Shown here: positions 28,953 to 37,311 of the stretch, piece after piece | Layout: each line of letters begins with the position of its first letter | Position numbering within the stretch: the stretch's first letter is position 1 | Origin: Sulfurimonadaceae bacterium | Lineage (GTDB): Bacteria; Campylobacterota; Campylobacteria; Campylobacterales; Sulfurimonadaceae | Assembly: GCA_963664885.2 (NCBI GenBank) | Contig: CAXXSB010000015.1 | Coordinates: 169,427 to 233,426 of the forward strand | Length of the DNA: 64,000 nucleotides | Direction of reading: 5' to 3' | The notes under the pieces: generated by a model | Seen by the model: the letters and a program-made list of their open reading frames with translations, nothing else | What the model was told of the DNA's origin: nothing | Databases searched by the model: none | Program-made: the position numbers and the translations under genes

Positions 28953-31045
28953 AGTACAAGTCCTAAACTAACTTTTTGTTTCTCTTTGTCCACCCCCAAA
29001 ACCTCGATCTGCGGGAGGTATTGGTTGAGCGAGAGCACCTCTAAGGGGTGGGAGATGCGAGAAGCGCTCATTTTTGAGATGTGGATCATCCCGTCGTTTT
29101 TGAGCCCGATATCCACGAACGCCCCAAAATCGGTGATATTGCGCACCACGCCCGAGACGAAGCTCCCTACTTGGAGAGCGTTGATATCGGTAAGGGAGTC
29201 TTTAAACGGGATAGCGGGGAGTTCGCTTCGCGGGTCAAACCCAGGTTTTTCAAGCTCTTTGGCGATATCTTTGAGGGTTTCTAAACCTACATGCCAAGCC
29301 TCCGCGAGGGCCGCCAAATCGGCATTTTGCAAACCTTGGGCTTGAAGTTTTTTGGCTATTTCGTAGCTTTCGGGGTGTACGCCCGTGTTGTCCAAAATAT
29401 CGCTTCCCTCTTTGATGCGCAAAAATCCCGCCGCCTGCTCGTAGGCTTTTGCACCCAGACCTTTTACTTTTAAAAGCTGTGATTTGGCGCGGAATGCACC
29501 GTTTTTCTCCCGAAATTCGATGATGTTTTTTGCCACGCTTTTGGTGATCCCCGCTACAAATGAGAGGAGCGAAAGGGAGGCGGAGTTGAGATCCACCCCC
29601 ACGCGGTTTACGAGGTCAACGGTCACGTCGCCGAGTTTTTTTTCTAAAAGCTTTTGATCGACGTCGTGCTGGTACTGCCCTATCCCCAAAGATTTCGGGT
29701 CGATTTTCACCAGTGCCGCCATCGGGTCGCGCAGACGCTGGGCGATGGAGATAGCGCCGCGCACGGTGACGTCGAGGTCGGGGTATTCCTCTGAAGCGAT
29801 CTTGGATGCGCTATACACCGACGCGCCCGCTTCGCTCACTACGGTGTAGCTGAGTTTGAGTCCGTCTCGGGAGAGTTTGGCGAAAAACTCCGTGGTTTCT
29901 CTCGAAGCGGTGCCGTTGCCGATGGCGACCGCGCCGATAGCGTATTTTTTGGCGAGTTTTTCAACGGTTTTCTTAGCGCCTTCGTAGTCGTTTTTGGGTT
30001 CGGTAGGGTAGATCACGGCGTGTTCTAAAAAGGTTCCGTTTTCATCGATAAGTGCGAGTTTGCACCCCGTACGAAATGCAGGGTCAACCCCCAAGATCAC
30101 CCGTTTGGTCACGGGCGGGGTGAGAAGCAGCTGCGAGAGGTTTTTCCCGAAAGTGTTGATAGCCCCCAGATCGGCGCGCTCTTTGAGTATGGCATGCACC
30201 TCCCGCTCAAGAGAGGGGAGCAAAAGGCGCTTGAGCCCGTCCTTGTATGCGGCAAATAAAAGCTCTTTGGAACCCTTGGCATGTCGGGGGATTTTGTAGC
30301 TTTGGATGTTGGCTTCGAGCCGCTCGGTGTCTAGGGAGATTTTCACGCTCAGCTGTTTCTCTTTGACGGCGCGCATCAGTGCCAAATAGCGGTGGCTCGG
30401 GATATAAGCGACCTTTTCCGACTTTTCGGCAAACGAGGCGTAGAGACCGTTTTGGTCGAACTCTTTTGCCTTTTTTATCTCGAGGCTGCCGCTGCGTAGC
30501 ATGGCGTTGCGGATCGTTTCGCGCTCCCTTGGCATGTCGGCATAACGTTCGGCTAAAATATCCTGTGCGCCCCCAATCGCTTCTTCAAGCGAGGCGACGC
30601 CGTTTTTGACGAAAGTTTTTGCTTTAGCTTCAAACTCCTGCATCTCAAAACGTCCGCTCTCTAGCATATCCGCAAGCGGCTCAAGCCCTTTGGCGATCGC
30701 GGCACTCGCGCGGGTGTTTTTCTTTTCCTTGAAAGGTCGGTAGATATCTTCGAGTGCGTTGAGGGTTTGCGCCTCCTCTATGGCATGTGTGAGTTCTGTG
30801 GTCAAAACGGCGCGCTCGGCGATAAGACGCGAGATCTCCTCTTTGCGCACAAGAAGCTTTTTGGCGCTCTCGTACACCGTCTCAAACTCCCGAAGGGTCG
30901 CATCGTCGGCACCTCCCGTGAGCTCTTTGCGGTAGCGGGCGATAAAGGGGATGGTGGAACCCTCATCGAGAAGTTTGAGAATATTTTCGATGACGTTTTT
31001 TGAAAGGTTTGTTTTTTGTGTGAGAAGAGTAACGAGATTATTCAT
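28949..31045 (-). CDS. tex: Tex-like transcription accessory protein (YqgF/HhH/S1 domains)
   Basis: N-terminal IPFIARYRKE, a central YqgF-like region and a C-terminal S1 domain (GVVRNITDFGAFVDIG). Confidence 0.9.
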   Translation of the reverse strand: MNNLVTLLTQKTNLSKNVIENILKLLDEGSTIPFIARYRKELTGGADDATLREFETVYESAKKLLVRKEEISRLIAERAVLTTELTHAIEEAQTLNALEDIYRPFKEKKNTRASAAIAKGLEPLADMLESGRFEMQEFEAKAKTFVKNGVASLEEAIGGAQDILAERYADMPRERETIRNAMLRSGSLEIKKAKEFDQNGLYASFAEKSEKVAYIPSHRYLALMRAVKEKQLSVKISLDTERLEANIQSYKIPRHAKGSKELLFAAYKDGLKRLLLPSLEREVHAILKERADLGAINTFGKNLSQLLLTPPVTKRVILGVDPAFRTGCKLALIDENGTFLEHAVIYPTEPKNDYEGAKKTVEKLAKKYAIGAVAIGNGTASRETTEFFAKLSRDGLKLSYTVVSEAGASVYSASKIASEEYPDLDVTVRGAISIAQRLRDPMAALVKIDPKSLGIGQYQHDVDQKLLEKKLGDVTVDLVNRVGVDLNSASLSLLSFVAGITKSVAKNIIEFREKNGAFRAKSQLLKVKGLGAKAYEQAAGFLRIKEGSDILDNTGVHPESYEIAKKLQAQGLQNADLAALAEAWHVGLETLKDIAKELEKPGFDPRSELPAIPFKDSLTDINALQVGSFVSGVVRNITDFGAFVDIGLKNDGMIHISKMSASRISHPLEVLSLNQYLPQIEVLGVDKEKQKVSLGLVL

Positions 31046-31206
31046 GGCATGTACTTTTTTTGCGCAATTATATCTTCATAGGTTTAAGAAGAGTACAAAA
31101 ACGGGATAAAAAAGAGACAATATAACGTATTTAATCGGTTTTAAATATTATTAATTGTATAACTATTGTTTTTAAGCGGAAATTATAATGAACAAAAGGC
31201 ACCCTT

Positions 31207-32757
31207 ATGACAAGATATTTTCAAAATATGGAAATTACGAAAGTTTACAAACTCTCGATGTTTGTTATCGGTTTGAGCGTGGTACTTTCGTTTAGCTATA
31301 TTTTTTCGCTTATGGAGAAGCAAAAAGAGTACGCTTCCCTTGTCGCCAAAAGTGCGCAGCAGAGGTTTTATTTTGAGAGGCTTTATGCTTTGCTTGAGGA
31401 GTATCAAAAAGAGCCGACCACGCGGGGTGCGGGGCATTTACACCTCTTGATGCAGACGATGCGTAAAGAGCACTCTGCCATTGCATCTTCGTTGGAGGCA
31501 CTCGATTTTGAGATCGAGAATATCTACACCCGCGGCTACAAAGGGACGCTTCTCGAGGGTGTGTATGAGAGCACGTCGGCTTTATCGAAGCTTGAAGCGA
31601 CAAGCGTAGCCCATTTTTTGAGGCACCACAAAGAGGGGCTCTTTTTGCTTGATAGCGGCGTGCGCACCATCGAAAAACAAAGCGACAGACTCCAAGATAT
31701 GCTTCTTTACCAAGGGGTGTTCGTTGCGGCGGTTATTCTGGCGGTGGCATGGTTTGTATCTGCATTTATTTTTACCCCGCTTTTGCGCAAACTCACCCAT
31801 AAACATGCCACGATTGCAGGGCTCAATACGATGCTCTCGGAAAAGATCATGCAAAAAACCCGCCACCTTGAAAAAACCCTCGACATCGTCAACCAGTATG
31901 TTTACACCAGTATTACCGACAAGCGGGGCGTTATCACCTACGTGAGCGACGCGTTTTGCGAACTAAGCGGCTACAGCCGCGAGGAGCTTTTGGGAAAAAC
32001 CCACCGCATCATCAAACACCCCGACAACCCCTCCGAGAGTTTCAAACCTTTGTGGGATACCATAACGGCGGGGCAGACCTATAAAGCGGTGGTACAAAAC
32101 CTCCACAAAGACGGAAGCTCCTACTGGATCGAATCTTACATCGTCCCCGACGTTAACGAAGAGGGGAAAATCATAGGCTACCAAGCGTTCCGTCGCAACG
32201 TCACCGATAAAAAGATGCTCGAAGAGCTGAACAACGAACTCGAAGAGCGGGTAGCCGACCGCACCAAAGAGATCGAGAAAATGGCGGTAACAGACCACCT
32301 CACGGGGCTTTATAACCGCCACCGTTTCAGCATCGAGATGCAAGAAGCGCTCGATATCTACAAGCGCTACAAAACACCCGTCTCTCTCGCGGTGATCGAT
32401 ATAGATTTCTTCAAAAAGATCAACGATACCTACGGACATGCCATAGGGGATTACGTGCTCGTTACCTTTGCCAAAATCTTGCGCCAAAAAGTGCGCTCTA
32501 CCGACAAACCCGCACGCTGGGGAGGGGAGGAGTTTGTAGTACTCTTCCCGAGTACCGAACTTGATGAAGCGGTAGTGGCGGTGGAAAACTTTTTAGCTAC
32601 CATCAGAAAATTCCATTTTAGAGATGTGGGCGAAGTGACTTTTAGTGCGGGGGTCACCAAACTCGAAGCGGGCGACGACGCCGAGTCGTTCATGCACCGC
32701 GCCGACCTGCTGCTTTACGATGCGAAAAACAAGGGGCGCAACAGGGTGTGTTACTAA
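31207..32757 (+). CDS. Membrane-anchored PAS-GGDEF diguanylate cyclase
   Basis: Two TM segments, PAS (SGYSREELLGKTHRIIKHPD), and GGDEF (RWGGEEF). Confidence 0.85.
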   Translation: MTRYFQNMEITKVYKLSMFVIGLSVVLSFSYIFSLMEKQKEYASLVAKSAQQRFYFERLYALLEEYQKEPTTRGAGHLHLLMQTMRKEHSAIASSLEALDFEIENIYTRGYKGTLLEGVYESTSALSKLEATSVAHFLRHHKEGLFLLDSGVRTIEKQSDRLQDMLLYQGVFVAAVILAVAWFVSAFIFTPLLRKLTHKHATIAGLNTMLSEKIMQKTRHLEKTLDIVNQYVYTSITDKRGVITYVSDAFCELSGYSREELLGKTHRIIKHPDNPSESFKPLWDTITAGQTYKAVVQNLHKDGSSYWIESYIVPDVNEEGKIIGYQAFRRNVTDKKMLEELNNELEERVADRTKEIEKMAVTDHLTGLYNRHRFSIEMQEALDIYKRYKTPVSLAVIDIDFFKKINDTYGHAIGDYVLVTFAKILRQKVRSTDKPARWGGEEFVVLFPSTELDEAVVAVENFLATIRKFHFRDVGEVTFSAGVTKLEAGDDAESFMHRADLLLYDAKNKGRNRVCY

Positions 32758-32780
32758 GCTATTGCGCGCATTCTTTTACC

Positions 32781-32815
32781 ATCCACTCCCACATGCCATA
32801 GCCGCTTGCGGTGTT
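32781..32815. repeat. Left copy of the 35-nt perfect direct repeat bounding the 2.8-kb insertion
   Basis: atccactcccacatgccatagccgcttgcggtgtt is identical at 35621-35655. The flanking 20-25 nt to the left are also similar and encode an alternative gene 3' end. Confidence 0.9.
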
Positions 32816-32820
32816 TTCTC

Positions 32821-32847
32821 GTTCCCACGCTCTGCGTGGGAATGCAT
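32821..32847. repeat. REP element gttcccacgc-tct-gcgtgggaatgcat
   Basis: 9-bp perfect stem. An inverted counterpart lies at 33476-33502, on the other side of the RAYT gene. Confidence 0.8.
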
Positions 32848-32859
32848 ATATCCAAACCA

Positions 32860-33393
32860 TCAAAAAACCTTCTCTATTTCAATGAGTCCATCACTACCCT
32901 CGTAATTCCTAGCACTACTATACCGCCAATGCTTTGCCTCATCGACATAGCCTCTTTTTACTGGGTTGTTGTGAATATAGTTTATTCTCTCTATCATCAT
33001 CTGCTCACTTTGTATGAGTTTGGGCTGAAATCCTTCTTGCCATAGTTGAAACTCTCTATCAACTTTGTGAGCTTTTTTATAAAACTCCAGTTGGTCTAAA
33101 ATGGTTTTAATATCTCTTTTTTGCAGCAAATTTATAATCTCTCTAGCTGTGTAACTTTTAAACCGTGCTATATCTTTTGCTGTATCGTCACTGCTTGCTA
33201 CAAGGTGCAAATGGTTTTCTAATATCACATAAGCGTAGAGTTTAAAGTTATGATTAATTTGCAAGTATTTTAAACTATCTAGTATGATTTGCACACTCTC
33301 TTGATTTGTAAAAATGGGTATCCAGTGAAGCGCGGTACATGTAATAAAATGTGGATGGGTCGGTTCATACATTTTGTATCTGCTTCTACCCAT
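32860..33393 (-). CDS. REP-associated tyrosine transposase (RAYT, IS200/IS605 Y1-like)
   Basis: The HuH context is ENHLHLV and the C-terminal WRYSSARNY is typical of RAYT/TnpA-REP. Flanked by inverted REPs. Confidence 0.85.
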   Translation of the reverse strand: MGRSRYKMYEPTHPHFITCTALHWIPIFTNQESVQIILDSLKYLQINHNFKLYAYVILENHLHLVASSDDTAKDIARFKSYTAREIINLLQKRDIKTILDQLEFYKKAHKVDREFQLWQEGFQPKLIQSEQMMIERINYIHNNPVKRGYVDEAKHWRYSSARNYEGSDGLIEIEKVF

Positions 33394-33411
33394 TGTCAGC
33401 CCCTCCTACTT

Positions 33412-33502
33412 GTTCCCATGCTCTGCGTGGGAACCGATAGATTTTTTTAGTCATTATCGCTTCTTCTTGTTTCTATGCATTCCCACGCGGAGCGTGGGAA
33501 CA
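33412..33502. repeat. Two REP elements right of the RAYT gene
   Basis: gttcccatgctctgcgtgggaac (33412-33434) and atgcattcccacgcggagcgtgggaac (33476-33502). The latter is the reverse complement of the left REP apart from one loop base. Confidence 0.8.
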
Positions 33503-33525
33503 AGGGAGGGAAGTCTTCTTGTTCT

Positions 33526-35025
33526 TTATTCACTTTTAGTGTCTATCATTTTATTTAATCTATTTTCTAATTCTATAGCTTTATACTTATGTTCTAAAAA
33601 CTCTAAATTTAACTTTTTTTTAATAGTTTCTTTAGTTACACCAATATCAATATTTAATTTTATTTTTCTAATATCTTTTTTGCTATCACAATAATATGCT
33701 TGATAAAACTCAAACTCTGTTCTTTCATTCTCAATACATTTCTTTTTAATTATCTCAATTATTTCACATTTCTTTTCTAAAGGCGTTTTAATACCGAAAA
33801 TCAAACCCTTTAAACTATTAAAGTTGTATTTTAAATTTCTATACTTTTCATGAATCTCAGGATTTATTAATCCATGCCAAGTAATTCTATACTCGTTTTC
33901 ATAGCTCCAGTCTTTAGTTTTAATTAATTTGTTTTTTTCAAACTTATTCCAAAAGCCATCTCTCCATTTTTCTTGATTATTTAAAATTTTATCAAAAAGA
34001 ATACTTTTATTTTTATTTTCATCCATATACCATGAGTTTACAGTTGGTTCAGTCGATAATCCAAATGATTCAAAAAAATTTATCTCTTCAAAATTGCCAT
34101 CATAATTTACCTTTTGAAACCTCATAGATTGTTTTGTTTGTGTATCTCCTGATAAAACATTCAAAAAGTTTAAACTGTTATTTTCATCAGCTTCAAATAT
34201 TAAACAAACTCCGCTATGATTTTCTCCATAATTTCCCCAAACAGATGAGTTATGATAGTCTTCTAAAAAACTTGCAACATAAACTTTTGGATATGCAAGT
34301 TTTTGTAAAGCTTCTAAATAATGTGTATGAAAATTCATTATAAAATATTTATTAGGGGTGTTTTGGTCTAATTTTGTCAAACAAGACAATTCAAGCATAT
34401 TTTTATCAAACCAAGCTACCGAGCTTTGATGAAGTTTATTTACTTTTTCAACACCATACTCATTTTGTAATTCCTCAAGAGCATCTATAGCTTTAATCAT
34501 CTCTTGTATTTTATTTTTATTAATTTCTATAAATTGGTCTCTTTTAGGCATGAGTCCTTTAGCTTCATAAACTTTTTGAATAATCTCCAATAAATCATAA
34601 TTAAAAGTATATAGATAATTAAGAAGTTCATTTTTTGTAATTGCAGTAGTTCTTTTAGAAATTTTATCTATTAAATCTCCATATAAGTTAAAGAATTTTT
34701 TAGGAATATCTTGAAGCTCAATATATGTACTTGATTGCCTAACATCATAAAGATTATCAAAAATAGGAATAATATCGTTAGAAAAAATAAGTTTCTCTCC
34801 AATAATCTTATAATAAAGCATAAAAACACTATTTAAACAATAAATATAGTGTTCAAAAAAATTTCTCCATACTATTTTATCCCCATTAAAAACATAATCC
34901 ATAAAACCTTCCATAGGGTCATTTAGTTTTTCAGGAGTTTGAAAAAATATTTCTTGATTTTCTAACTCTTTATATTCCCCTAATAGACTATTTAAATTTC
35001 TTATTCTATAAAAATTTCTAGACAT
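33526..35025 (-). CDS. DUF2971-family protein with a long helical insertion
   Basis: The three DUF2971 blocks are N-terminal LNDPMEG, central SFLEDYHNSSVWGNYGENHSGVCLIFE and C-terminal KDWSYENEYRI. The gene is markedly AT-rich relative to its neighbours. Confidence 0.7.
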   Translation of the reverse strand: MSRNFYRIRNLNSLLGEYKELENQEIFFQTPEKLNDPMEGFMDYVFNGDKIVWRNFFEHYIYCLNSVFMLYYKIIGEKLIFSNDIIPIFDNLYDVRQSSTYIELQDIPKKFFNLYGDLIDKISKRTTAITKNELLNYLYTFNYDLLEIIQKVYEAKGLMPKRDQFIEINKNKIQEMIKAIDALEELQNEYGVEKVNKLHQSSVAWFDKNMLELSCLTKLDQNTPNKYFIMNFHTHYLEALQKLAYPKVYVASFLEDYHNSSVWGNYGENHSGVCLIFEADENNSLNFLNVLSGDTQTKQSMRFQKVNYDGNFEEINFFESFGLSTEPTVNSWYMDENKNKSILFDKILNNQEKWRDGFWNKFEKNKLIKTKDWSYENEYRITWHGLINPEIHEKYRNLKYNFNSLKGLIFGIKTPLEKKCEIIEIIKKKCIENERTEFEFYQAYYCDSKKDIRKIKLNIDIGVTKETIKKKLNLEFLEHKYKAIELENRLNKMIDTKSE

Positions 35026-35420
35026 TATTTACCCTCTTTGCTCGTCATCTCTTCATACATTTTAAAAAGATATTCAAGTCTCTCTTCATCGCTTTCAAAT
35101 GGTTTGGTTCTGTAGCATTGTTCTATGACTCTGTCTAGTGCGTGGTGGGCTTTTTGTATGCCTTCGGGCATTTTGTCGGGGTCGTAGAGCCCAGCTAGGG
35201 TTTTTTGGCTGTGTTTTTCTCGCTCATTTAATACGACTTTAAAAAAGAGTTTTTTTCTTAAAGTGAGTTCGCCGTTTGGAACAGGCTTATCGTGGTCGCT
35301 TCCCTCTAGCTTACTGATAGTCGACTTTGGAGTGCCGTAGGCTATAAGCAAGTCATAAATAAATGTTTCTTTGTTAAAGTTTGCTACGAGAGTGTGAAGG
35401 TTATTTTCTATAACGGTCAT
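35025..35420 (-). pseudogene. 131-aa in-frame remnant of a large MmeI/YeeA-like DNA methyltransferase / restriction-modification gene
   Basis: The C-terminal LYDPDKMPEGIQKAHHALDRVIEQCYRTKPFESDEERLEYLFKMYEEM resembles the conserved tail of roughly 900-aa MmeI/YeeA-type enzymes. No methyltransferase motifs are present. The stop overlaps the DUF2971 ATG (TAATG). Confidence 0.45.
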
Positions 35421-35578
35421 ACGGAATGTGCCTTGCGATGATTGTTTGTGATTGCAATTTCTGTCTATTTTATCGAAAACTTTCTAAGAAAGTTCTCTTG
35501 TTCCAAACGCTTTTGTTAAGAATAGATAAAAAAGTTTGCAAGTAAAAGATGAGGAGATCAAACAATGGTACAAAGGCA

Positions 35579-35591
35579 GGAGCGTGGGAAC
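35579..35591. repeat. Half REP (gagcgtgggaac) at the right edge of the insertion
   Basis: Matches the right arm of the REP at 33476-33502. No left arm is present. Confidence 0.5.
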
Positions 35592-35601
35592 GAGGGGGTG
35601 C

Positions 35602-36135
35602 TTAAGTGCACTCCTTTACTATCCACTCCCACATGCCATAGCCGCTTGCGGTGTTGATGTGCCCAGCATTTTCTAGCACTTTCATCTCTATCCCCAAGGC
35701 TTTTTGGAGTGTTTGCGCTTCTTCGACGCTCAGGTAATGATCGTCGGTCGAGGTGATGAGAAGCGCTTCTTTGGCATGCAGCTCTTTTGGCGCTTCAAGC
35801 GGGAAAAAAGTGCTTAGTTCCGTGATGGTACAATCAAGCCTCGGGGGTGCGACGAGGTAGAGTTTTTGCACCTTTGGCATGTCAAAAAAACTTCCGTCGT
35901 TGCAGAGGTGAAACCAGAGAATATTTGCCAAAGAGTGGCACACCACGATATCGGGTTTGAAGCTTTGCATCTCCTCTAGCAGCTCTTTTTTCCACATGCC
36001 AAGCTTTGGCATGTCGGGGTCGCTAAGGGGGAGAAAACTGACACAACCGTAGTTTTTGGCGATCTCACATGCCAAGTGGCTTTGCCAGTGGGGGAAGTCG
36101 CTCCCTCCCCAGCCGTGCAGAATCAGGGTGCGCAT
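35602..36135 (-). CDS. YdeN/RBBP9-like serine hydrolase (alpha/beta fold)
   Basis: ILHGWGGS..HWQ N-terminus. The nucleophile context is CHSLA. Confidence 0.75.
   Translation of the reverse strand: MRTLILHGWGGSDFPHWQSHLACEIAKNYGCVSFLPLSDPDMPKLGMWKKELLEEMQSFKPDIVVCHSLANILWFHLCNDGSFFDMPKVQKLYLVAPPRLDCTITELSTFFPLEAPKELHAKEALLITSTDDHYLSVEEAQTLQKALGIEMKVLENAGHINTASGYGMWEWIVKECT
35621..35655. repeat. Right copy of the 35-nt perfect direct repeat (inside the 3' end of the hydrolase gene)
   Basis: Identical to 32781-32815. Confidence 0.9.
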
Positions 36136-36136
36136 T

Positions 36137-36607
36137 TTAGAGGCTTTGGAGGCGTTTGAGCTCTTCTTTGACTTTGGCGACGTGCTCTTTGACCTTCACG
36201 TTATCCCAAATAGCGCGGATAACCCCTTGGGGGTCGATGATAAAGGTGGAGCGCACGATCCCCATATACTCTTTGCCGTAGTTCTTTTTCATGCGCCATA
36301 CGCCGTAGCTTTGCATCATCGTCGTATCTTCATCACTTAGCAAGGTGATCTCGAGGTTTTGCTTTTCTATAAACGCGCGGTGACGCTTGGTGCTGTCGGC
36401 GCTTACTCCCAAAATGATCGCGTCAAGGTCGCTAAAGTCGGGTACGGCAGCGGTGAATTCACACGCTTCGGTGGTACATCCCGGGGTGGAGTCTTTTGGA
36501 TAAAAATAAAGCACGATCCATTTCCCTTTGAGGTCGCGTGAGCAGATCTCTACGTCGTCTTGGTTTGGAAGGCAAAATTCGGGGGCGTTTTGGTTGATCT
36601 CTAGCAT
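36137..36607 (-). CDS. bcp: Thiol peroxidase Bcp (peroxiredoxin)
   Basis: FYPKDSTPGCTTEAC peroxidatic-Cys motif. The start is set at MLEINQNAPEF, because the longer ORF runs through a REP element. Confidence 0.9.
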   Translation of the reverse strand: MLEINQNAPEFCLPNQDDVEICSRDLKGKWIVLYFYPKDSTPGCTTEACEFTAAVPDFSDLDAIILGVSADSTKRHRAFIEKQNLEITLLSDEDTTMMQSYGVWRMKKNYGKEYMGIVRSTFIIDPQGVIRAIWDNVKVKEHVAKVKEELKRLQSL

Positions 36608-36636
36608 AGTTGTTTCCTTGTATTTAGTTGTACGGT

Positions 36637-36694
36637 ACGGACTGAAGTCCGTGTTACGAGGGCTTGGCATGTCGTAACACAGGCTCTAGCCTGT
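36637..36694. repeat. Inverted pair of GTAACAC-hairpin elements
   Basis: acggactgaagtccgtgttac (36637-36657) and gtaacacaggctctagcctgt (36674-36694). Confidence 0.75.
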
Positions 36695-36705
36695 AAAAAA
36701 AGCGA

Positions 36706-37311
36706 TTATACCGATGTTTTTCTTTTTTGATAATAAGCGTACCAACCGCCCAAAACGATTAATACAACGATAAGGCTGAGGGTGATCTGTTTGAGATACT
36801 CTTTGATAAGCTCTTGATTCTCCCCGATGAAATACCCCAGCAAAACGAGTATGAGCGCCCAGATCCCCGCACCCAAAGCGGTGTAGAGAGAAAAGAGCTT
36901 TATATCCATCTTGGCAAGCCCCGCGGGGATCGAGATAAGCTGGCGTATACCGGGGATAAGACGCCCGATAAAGGTGGATATGGGACCGTGTTTTTCAAAG
37001 TATTCGTCCATCTTTTTAAGCGCATTCTCTTTGATAAAGAAGTACTTGCCGTAGCGTGCCAAAAACCTTCTCCCCACAAACAGGGCGAGATAGTAGTTGA
37101 TAAACGCCCCCGCCAAAGAGCCGCCAAGTGCACATGCCATAACCGCCCACAGCGACATCTGCTCTTGCGAGACCAGATAACCCGCGGGGATAAGAACGAT
37201 TTCGCTAGGAAATGGGATAAAGGAGCTCTCAATCGTCATCAAAAGGAAGATCCCAAAATACCCCCAATCAAAAATAAGATCGACTAACGATTGTGCCAAC
37301 TCTTGGATCAT
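36706..37311 (-). CDS. DedA-family membrane protein
   Basis: ESSFIPFPSEIVLIPAGYL and GRLIPGIRQLISIPAG blocks. Confidence 0.85.
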   Translation of the reverse strand: MIQELAQSLVDLIFDWGYFGIFLLMTIESSFIPFPSEIVLIPAGYLVSQEQMSLWAVMACALGGSLAGAFINYYLALFVGRRFLARYGKYFFIKENALKKMDEYFEKHGPISTFIGRLIPGIRQLISIPAGLAKMDIKLFSLYTALGAGIWALILVLLGYFIGENQELIKEYLKQITLSLIVVLIVLGGWYAYYQKRKTSV

